From assembly GCF_009834535.1 (NCBI RefSeq), contig NC_045697.1, positions 39,310,001 to 39,374,000 on the forward strand: a DNA stretch of 64,000 nt. The letters are read 5' to 3'. This DNA is from Camelus ferus. Lineage: Eukaryota. Under the pieces are notes generated by a model. The model was not told the origin of the DNA. It saw only the letters and a program-made list of their open reading frames with translations, and made no database searches. This document shows positions 54,770 to 64,000 of this stretch, one piece after another (the first letter of the stretch is position 1; the number at the start of each line of letters is the position of its first letter). The position numbers were made by a program, and so were the translations under genes.

Positions 54770-55589
54770 AAAGGAGTTTAGGGGTTTTGTTGATGCTGTT
54801 TGTTGTGTTGGATGCTTAGATTGAGAGAATTCACTCTAAATTTTCTTTAAGTCAATGCTTATAAAGTACTTAATACACCAACAGTAAACACGGCTTGTAG
54901 GCCTGCCACATTCAGTTAGCTCCAGCCAGAGCCAATGTTTATCATTAATTAGTCTGACATTCTTTAACTCAAGTTACTATAAAAACAAACAAAAAAATTA
55001 GATGAGAATGGCCATTAGCCAATAACTGCTGCAATGGCCATGACTTTTATGCAACTAAATATTATGTTAACCTTGGATATATAATACCTACATTATAAAG
55101 ATTATATACACAAAGCACGAAGAATATAGTGTAGTTCTCCTATTAATTTCTAACCTTGTATCATACATATGCTGAAGGAATCCTTGGAGACCAAGGTTAG
55201 GACAGAGATGTGTTTCTGTCTGTGTCTGACTCTGTTGTAGACATGGATGCAGAGGTGGATCCAGATCCAGATATACAGACACAGTTGCTGTCGTCGGGTT
55301 TTGGTATTGGTTTTGGTTTTTTACTGTTCTGCAGAGCTTTGCTAATCCTCTTCTTCTCATGACTCTTGTTCACAGACCCTAATGCCTATTGTTGGGATGA
55401 TTATTTCTTTGCATCTGTCATTCCTGTTTCTCAAAGTTCACTTTATCGACCCCACCTCCAAAGCTGTTTGATTTCTTTTTCTGAAATAGTCTAGTTGTGA
55501 CTCTCATCTAGAAATTCTCTCTCTCTCCTCAGCTGTGCTGAAATTATAAGCGGCCTACATGGGAGAGTAAAATAATGCTTCATAACAGT

Positions 55590-55780
55590 TAGTATTATCA
55601 AATCAGACTTATTAATGGGACTGTCGAAGGTCAGTGTGCCAAAGAACCCACTACGGAGCTTGTTTCAGATGCAGATTCCAGGTGTTGCTCCCAGAGAACC
55701 TTACTAAGGTGAGGTCTGGCTAACTTCATAACAAAGTCCCCAAATGATTCAGAGAACATGCTGAGACATAGTGGTTCAGT
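55590..55780. mobile_element. MER5-like DNA transposon remnant
   Basis: GGAGCTTGTTTCAGATGCAGATTCCAGG...CCCCAAATGATTC. Confidence 0.5.
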
Positions 55781-55999
55781 AAAAAACCATGAACTTGAGA
55801 GCAAACATGAATTTATATTGGTTTTGTCTAGTTTAGATTAAGCAAATTATCACTTTAAAGTGATAACGCCCAAATACTCATTATTTAGTATACATACAAA
55901 ATATATTATATGTATACTATATATATAAATTCATAGCCCCCTATTTATGTTGATTGGCATATTTCATTTATTTAATGGTTATTTAATTTTTTTATAGCT

Positions 56000-56220
56000 A
56001 CTGTAGTGAAAAGAGTGTGAGAGCCTGGGAGAGCCTGGTTCAAATCTCAGTTCTGTCATTTAATTAACTAAATAATTTCAGGAAAATTATTTATTCTTTC
56101 TGATCCTTACACTTTCTGTTTTATATGAATAATAGTGGCTAAATCCTTGCTGAGATTAAAAGAATTAGCAGATATAATCAACTCGATATCTGACACAGTA
56201 AAATCCTGGAAGATACTCAG
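56000..56220 (+). mobile_element. MIR SINE
   Basis: GCCTGGTTCAAATCTCAGTTCTGTCATTTA. Confidence 0.6.
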
Positions 56221-56313
56221 TTGGGCTATGATAATTCTGCTTCATGAAGTATTTCACTGAATACCCCTACTCTGGCTTAGTAAGCATTTTTTCCCATTTA
56301 TGAGAACTATTGT

Positions 56314-56983
56314 ATTTTTTCAGCTTTATTGAGGTCTAATTGACAAATACATTGTAAGATACTTAAGGTGCACACTGTGATGATTTGATGTATGTATACA
56401 TTGTGAAAGGATCCCCTTTGTCTAGTTTATTAACACATTCTTCACCTCACATTTATTTTTTGTATGTGTGAAAGAGCGTTTAAGTTCTACACTCAGCAAA
56501 TTTCAATTAGACAGTACAGTGTTACCAACTATAGTCACCATGTTTTACATTGAATCCTCAGATCTTATTTATCTTATAGCTGAAAGTTTGTACCCTTTTA
56601 CCAACCTCTCCCTATTTCCCCCACTCTACCATATGATCTAGCAATCCCACTTCTGGATATATATAGCCACAGGTAATGAAAATAGGATATCCAGAGATAT
56701 CTGCACTCTCATGTGCAAAGTTATTCACAATAGCCAGGGTACAGAAACAACCTAAATGTCCTCCTATCAAAAGATTACTGGAAAAAGAAGCTGTGGTATA
56801 CACAACGGAATACTATTCAGCCATGAGAAAGAGGGAAATCCTGCCATTTGTGATGGCATGGATGGGTCTTGAAGGCATTCTGTTAAGTGAAATAAGCCAG
56901 AGAGAGAAAGACAAATACTGCATGGTATCACTTGTATGTGGAATCCGGGGGGGGGGGGGGGGGAGTCAAGTTTAAAGAGACAG
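56314..56983 (-). mobile_element. L1 3' end with 5' inversion
   Basis: 56314-56626 is antisense 3'UTR; 56627-56983 is sense ORF2 end. ACTATTGT lies on both flanks. Confidence 0.8.
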
Positions 56984-57029
56984 ACTATTGTGTAATTCAT
57001 GTGTTTCAACTGGGAAACTGCTTTGTTCT

Positions 57030-57370
57030 GTGACTATGCTAGTCATACCTATTTGCTCTCAGGTCCATTTGCCTTCCCTCCCCAGCTCTGCTCTGCATCA
57101 CAGAAACCTAACCCCTGCTATTTCCCAGACTCCCTTGCCAACTGGCTTCTTCAGGCTCCGAAAGGCAGTAAAGGCAGATTAAAAGGTGAGAGGAGGAGAA
57201 AAAGGGAGGTGACCGTTCCAGTAAGATCTCCTCTGGGTTCCAGCTGCTAAGGCTGCTGGGCTGCATGCCGGTAAAACACCTCTTCCCAACGTCCTCCAAC
57301 CCTCCAGTTAATAGCAGCCTCCTGCAGTTCCTCAAGGTTGCCCCACCTTTCCCTGTGTCCTCTTTCCACT
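57030..57370 (+). mobile_element. ERVL LTR fragment (LTR33/LTR41-like)
   Basis: CCCAGACTCCCTTGCCAACTGGCTTC. Confidence 0.5.
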
Positions 57371-58544
57371 TTCATGGAATATAGTGTTTCTAGTATAAAT
57401 GGTTTTGGTTTAGGGACTCAGAATTGCATTGAAAAAATTTTATAGTAACTTTTTAGTTAAGTAATTAAGGTTTTAACTTATAATATTGTGTCCTATTAAG
57501 GGGGTTTCAAAACCAAATTACTCTCGAGGCAGAGAAAGTCTCTATAGAATAAGAATCCAGGAAATATTAGTTGCTCCTTTTTCTCCAAAAGAAAACATCA
57601 TTGACACAGTCACCCAACTCCCTTAAGTCAAACTTTGTTTTCCCATCACGTGAAATAGTATATATTTTGCTTTAATGTAGAAATTTAAAACTAGGTAAAG
57701 AATTTTCTACCTTCATATTGTGTAATCTTTTAAGCATATTGGGGAGGTTGTTGAAAGAGACATAAAACTGAGTAGATATATCATCATAATGTTAAGTTAA
57801 TACGATTATGCTGATTTTTTCCCAAACTGTACTTTCTATACAATCTTGGAAATTTTTAAATCACTTTCTGGCTGCTGGACTTAGCTTATGGACTGTGTAT
57901 TGAACCACAACCAAGGCTGTTATCTACTGTGTTGCCTTACATTGTAGCATCCAGCCATTTAGTTTGATCCCTGCACTAGCCCAATTTTAACTGAAATTGC
58001 TTCTATTTAAGTTTGAGATGAAATTTCTAATATTCCAGAACATTTTGAAAAGTAACCCAACACATTCAAGAACAGTACATATGTCCCATAAAACTGTCCT
58101 GCAAAAACCAAAATAAATTGCATACCAAGATTTCTGATAAATATTTCATAAATTTTCGTAAGTTTTAACTAATAAGAAGAAAATTATTATCAAAAATACA
58201 GTAAGCATTTATACTACCCTAAGCCTATGAACTTACTCGTATAATCTCATGAAGTAGCTACACTTGCTCTGATTTTTAAATGACAAAATAGTTTAGAGAA
58301 TTTAATTAACTTGTTTGCTGCAGTATTTATAAAAGGAGGAGTAAGAATTCAAACTCAGATCTCTGAAGTGGTTCCAAAGTTCATATGTAGTTTCTGGATA
58401 TAGTAAATGCCCTTAAGAAAATACTTTAGCATTGCCCAAGTAAATATCATCCACTTCTGTCCTGGGATCACCAGGGTTTTTCACTAAAGGCTGTAATAGA
58501 AAGATCAGGTTTTCTCTGAGCTTCCATCTCCTATTTGCCTCTCT

Positions 58545-59050
58545 TCCCACACTGTTATTATAATTTCCATTTCCCTGCAACTTAGGAAGTTTAGCATCTT
58601 TACATGTGTTTTTTGGTCATTTGGATTTTTTCTTCAACTAACTATTTTATATATCTTTTGTCCATTATTCAATTTAGTTATTATCTTTTTCTTATTAATT
58701 CATAAGAGCTCATAGTATATTATAAAAACTTTTACCTGTGATGTAAATTACAAATGTATTTCCTCAACAGTTACTGTATCCTCACTGTACAAAAGTTCTT
58801 AATTATTATTATATAGTCATACATGTTTCATTTTCCTATCTTGGATTTAAAATTCCTTTTCAACCTGTGCATTACACATATAATCTCATAAATTTTCTTG
58901 TAAGATTTTTATTCTCTTATTTTTTCCCATTTAAGTTTTTAATTGATCTGGTGTTTACTTTTGTATATGGTAGGAAATATGAGTCTAATTTTACTTTCCT
59001 CCAAATGGATAAACAATTATGCTGCCATTATTCATTAACAATACATCACT
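58545..59050 (-). mobile_element. Old L1M fragment
   Basis: TTTACTTTTGTATATGGTAGGAAATATGAGTCTAA. Confidence 0.55.
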
Positions 59051-59389
59051 GTCCCTACAAAAAAGACATATAAACACACACATGCTTTTAAATGGCATTA
59101 TACTCATAGAAGCAACTAGTCCATCAGATATTATGTAGCTAAGCTTAACTCTAAAACACTAGGTTTTAGAAGGAGACAGTTGTTGATGTTCATTATGGAG
59201 CCGATTTTCTTGGCCAGCAGAATCTGGTATTCAGGTGACTCTGTTGAGTAACATTAAGTGAAACCTTGGTCTCTCCTTAATTTATCAGTTTGAGCCAGTG
59301 ATTTATGTAAGAGCCCAGGGGCCTCCAGGAGAAAAAAGACTTTAACTCTGACATCTCAAGAGTTCAAGCACTTAACACAATATAGGTTT

Positions 59390-60162
59390 GAAACAATGAG
59401 ACACCACTATACTGAAAATCCAAAACAATGACACCACTATATGCTGGCAAGAATGTGGAGCAACAGGAACTCTCATTCATTGCTGGTGGGAATTCAAAAT
59501 GGTGCAGCCACTTTGGAAGACATTTTGGCAGATTCTTACAAAACTAAACATACTTTTATCACACAATCTAGGAATCATACTCCTTGGTAGTTACCCAAAC
59601 GAGTTGAAAATTTTTATGTCCACAAAAATTTGTGCATGGATGTTTATAGCAGCTTTGTTTGTAATTGCCAAAACTTGGAAACAACCAAGATGCCCTTAAA
59701 TTCATATTAATAAGTGAAGGAAGCAAATCTGAAAAGAGTATGTAATATATGATTGCAGCTATATGGCATTCTGAAAAAGGCAAAACTATGGATGCAGTAA
59801 AAAAAAGTTCACTGGTTTCCAGGGGTAGGGAGGAAAGAAGAATAAATAGGTGGAGCACAAAGATTTTTAGGGCAGCAGAACTACTCTGTCTGATACTATA
59901 ATTAGATACGTGTGAAAACTCATAGAACGCACAACACCAAGAGTGAACCCTGATGTAAACTACGGACTTTGGGTGATAATGATGTTATCAGCGTAGGTTC
60001 ATCGATTATAACAAACGTACCACTCTGGTGGGAGAATTGATACTGGGAGAGGCTGTGCATGTGTGGGGACAGGAATATATGGGAACTTTCTGTACTTTCT
60101 GCTCAATTTTGCTATGAACCTAAAACTGCCCTAAAAACTAAATTCTATTGATTTAAAAAAAA
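59390..60162 (+). mobile_element. L1MC-type 3' end
   Basis: MVQPLWKT...AKTWKQPRCP and ACAACACCAAGAGTGAACCCTGATGTAAAC...GAACCTAAAACTGC. Confidence 0.88.
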
Positions 60163-60391
60163 TGTATATATTTGATTATTGGAGAGACCAAACCAAAGAA
60201 AGGAAATATATGAAGCTCTTACTTTGTTTTCAAAATAGGAAAACATAGACCAAATTTATGTTCTATAGGAAGAGAAGGAAATTAACACTTGTTAAAAACC
60301 TACTTACACGGTAACTCTCTGTACTATTTAGACAATTTTTCTATAAGTCTAAAATAAGTTCAAAATAATAAGTTTTTAAAATTCTACCACA

Positions 60392-60499
60392 GGGGAGTGG
60401 GGAATAGCTCAGTGATAAAGTGCATGCCTAGCATGCACGAGGTCCTGAGTTCAGTCCTCAGAACCTCCACTGAATAAATAAATCTTAAAAAAAAAAAAA
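60392..60499 (+). mobile_element. Second, more diverged Vic-1-type SINE
   Basis: ATAGCTCAGTGATAAAGTGCATGCCTAGCATGCACGAGGTCCTGAGTTCA plus A tail. Confidence 0.85.
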
Positions 60500-62669
60500 C
60501 TACTGTATGCTAGGTAACATGTAAAAGAACCCTATAATATAAGTATTATTCCTATTTATGAAGACAGAAGTGGAGGCCCAGGATGGTTAGTTAACACACC
60601 CAGGCCTCCTACAACATGGCTGGGCCAAATCCGCAGCTATGACGTCTGCTGCCGCTGGAGCTCTTAGTCTCTCCTTGGGACTGCACTGTGCCCTCGGTGT
60701 AGCACTGTAGACATAGTGCTGAGCGGAAGCCTGGGAAAGCAATACTGCCATTCTATTTGCATGTTTATCTTTTTTTTTTTTTAATTTGGATAGCTGATCA
60801 ATAGAAAACAAAAATCTTCTTGAAATATTCCTAGAATTTCAGCTTCTGTTGAGCAGATATCATGGAAATATGGTCACTGCACCTTGGATCCCAGAAAGTA
60901 CAATATCCTGGGCATTTCATATGAGTGAAAATTAAGATGTTCTCTAGAAATAAAACAGATGTATGCTTCTTTTCAGAAACACTGAGCCCAAAGATTTATG
61001 TATGAAGGATACAAAATTCGTATGAAAATCTCCCATTTATCTATAAAGCAAAAGCATCTACTTTCACTTTCAACACCTTTTACCTAATTATGCAGAATTA
61101 GGATATACATTAACTACAACCTCTTTATTAAAATGTGTCTGATTTGAAGAGTATCTTTCATGGCAACCATTAGCTGTGAATACTCCTCCTATAGTATCTC
61201 AAGTGGTCCCTTTGACCTAGTCCAGTAATTTTTTTTCTCCTGTTACTAAACTCATTCCTAGGTCTGTCAAACTTTAACGTACTCACTCAAATACTATTCT
61301 GTGAGCACTACTGAGCCAAGCATGGTAAGGTTCATACTTCTTAAAATAACCACCAAGCTACTTCCTGTATCTGACAGTCTGAATGATGTCAGGACCTTTC
61401 TGAATTTTTAGATGGTTGATAATAAAGTAGGTACAAGAAAAGGATTCAGTGAAAGAGGCTCTCCCAAGATCTGTGAGTGTTAGGAGGATTGGCAGTTGAG
61501 CATCTCAAGAAATCTTAATTTCAGCAGCAACTCCATAATAGAAGAGTCATGCGTCTTTGGAGGCACAAGGGGTTACCCGGAGAATACTCCAGTGATGGGG
61601 GAGTGTGTACGTTCTCGCGTAGAGGAAGATCCCTGGGGGAAATTCCAGAGCCTCTTTCAACATTTGCTATAAAAGCCAATATTGGGTACAGTGCCTTACA
61701 TGGTATGAGTTTCAAAGTCAGAGTCAGAATCTTACAGATAAAAAAAACTTTTGAGATCAAGTAACTGATTATGATTGACAGTCTTCCCTTGTGAAAACAC
61801 ACTGTGAGCATACATTAGCAAAGTGCATTTTTGCCCATTTATTACTATCAGAGTAAAATCTGCTTTGGGGCATAAAGCAGTGGATTTCAGGATACTCCTG
61901 CAATTCAAGAAATGAAACCTCATCATTTCCTGGTCCATTAACTGGAAACTATTTTTCACGAGTCTGATATCACTTTCTACAACTTTGGATGAGTGCATTC
62001 AAGTAAGTTATAGCACAAAAGATACTCAACTTTTTAATCAATACTGTGAATCTCCATCTCCCTGAAATCACAGTTAAAATCTCTTTTATTTCACTAATCA
62101 GTGATACTTGAATTTAATGTTCTTCACCAAGAGCCTTGTATTGTACTGAAATAGACCTAACACATTGTTCTAACTCAACCATAAAACAAGATCAGATAAT
62201 GAGGTCTAGCATTCTGCTGGCTTGTGTGAGTCACATATTTTCCAGTAAATGGAAAATCAAACGCCATTTCTGAAGAGCTACAGAAGGGAAAGGGCAGAGC
62301 TTGATTAGAAAAGCCCTGAGCCCAAAGACTATATGTGAAATGTCATGAAATTCATTTGCTATTACATTTCAGTTATTATTTGAGCAACACAAAGACAGCT
62401 AATTTCATCTCATGGTCTCTAATGTCATGCTGGAAGGAATGTATACTAATCAGAGATAAAATTCACCAGCCAGGAGTTCAGAGCCAGGTACCACTGACTC
62501 CGTTAGAGGATGAAATATCTAAGGAGAGACCTCTGTCCCCATCCACAATCCTGATGCCTGTGCGAAAGGGCTTAAGCAGGAGGCATCTAACATAGTTACA
62601 CTGTAAGTTGCTAATTAAAAATTTTTTTTGTTTCTTTAAATATATTCTGGGCTCCAGCCTCTAATTAAA

Positions 62670-63500
62670 AGTTGATCTGAGTATTTTATTTAGCATCTCC
62701 CCTGAGCTAGATGCTGTTCTAAGTATTTTAACATTAACTCATTTACACCTCCCAGCAACCCAGTTTGCTAAATACTGCTATCATGATCCCCAGTTTACAA
62801 ATGAAATATTGAGCCCCTGGTATTTTAAGTCATCTGCCCAAGTCCACAAGAAATGACAGAGGGGAATTTGAACCCAAGAAGTCTGGCTCCAGAGCCCAGA
62901 GCACATGCACTTACCTGTAAAGCACACTGACTGTCAGCTACTTTTCATATTTGATCTCTCCAGCACATTTTCCACATACAGTTTATAATATGTCACTTAC
63001 ATTCTCATTTGGTGCCTGGTGCTATGCTAAGCTCTGTATGTGATTAATGGCCTTTTTTTCCCATTAACCCTATGAGATAAGACTATATGTAACTGAGGAG
63101 GAAACAGGCTCAGAAAGGCATGGTGCTTTGTCCATTATTACCCTGCCGGTGGGTGACAGAGATGAGACCCATCCCAGGTCCCGCTCTATCCAAAGCCCAC
63201 AGTGTACCAACTCCACTAACAAGTTTTGCTGGTAATCTTTAAGAAAGGGGCCAACGAATCCTTTTGTGTGAAGGGACAGGATAAATGCCCAAACTTTAGG
63301 CCAACTATGCTTTCTCTATGAATCTTGACAATGACATAGTTCTAGAGCAGGAAGGGCCTTGACACTACCTAAGCCCCAGGCCCCCTCCTTTCACTGACGA
63401 GGGCCTGAAGCCCAGAGAGGTTCAACAGCTCTCTCAGAGTCACTGAGATGCTAAGCCAGGACCACTGCCAGCTGAAGCTTTGTTCCAGAACTCCATGGCA
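62670..63500 (-). mobile_element. Three MIR copies (~62670-62930, ~63010-63220, ~63340-63500)
   Basis: MIR cores such as GAGGAGGAAACAGGCTCAGAAAGG and CTGAAGCCCAGAGAGGTT. Confidence 0.7.
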
Positions 63501-64000
63501 CTTTCTGGGCAAGGTGCATCCCAATTCATAGAGCAATTTTTATTGTAAGTGGATACAACTGTATCTATTTCTAAAACACTTTTATTATCTGCATGGAGCT
63601 CAGTAAGTCTCCTTCCTTTGCTAAAATGATCCTTTCTGGCTGTATTACAGTAGCTTAAAGGTCACTTTATTCATTTGCTGAAACATTTTAAATGACTGGA
63701 CAAAAATACTTATGTTTACACTGCTTCCTGATTTTTTTAATGCCTCTTCTGGGTTTAAAAAAAATTCATTTGCAGTCCTATTCATCTGTAAAGGTACTGT
63801 CTCATTAAAGGAAAAAAGATAGTTTCCTTAAACAAAAGCCCATAAATCCTTCATGCTTTTAGTTGTGATTTTTAATTTAACAAAAGAAAGAAGAGCTTTT
63901 AACTTGAGACGATTACCTCTTTTTTTCTTTTCATTGCGTGATCCAAGTTCATTTCTGTGCCAGTTCCCTGCGTACCTCTACGTCGTCGCTCCTCCCTGCA

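Noticed and set aside
63960..64000. CpG cluster at the window edge as the start of a CpG island
   Set aside because: Only four CpGs in 40 nt; cannot be judged without downstream sequence.

Overview
Mammalian genomic DNA, very probably camelid, judged from two tRNA-Ala-derived Vic-1-type SINEs and the absence of BovB, Bov-A, PRE and Alu. It holds the 3' part of GPRIN3 on the + strand: the end of the intron, a splice acceptor at 7060-7061, the whole 782-aa CDS in one exon (7176-9524), and a long, almost transposon-free inferred 3'UTR with candidate poly(A) sites at 15961 and 18059. The rest (~20-64 kb) is gene-free intergenic DNA dense in L1, L2, MIR, MaLR/ERVL/ERV1 solo LTRs, MER5 and microsatellites. 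I found no previously undescribed biological system. The most notable local structures are three L1 insertions with 5' inversions (one joins ~65 nt of L1 3' end to an apparent inter-ORF fragment), a young L1 with an open ORF2 C-terminus and a 22-bp TSD, a SINE that still folds as tRNA-Ala(AGC) with G3:U70, Pumilio elements in the distal UTR, several hairpins/palindromes and an exact 35-bp tandem duplication. Repeat subfamily names come from recall of consensus motifs and repeat boundaries are approximate.
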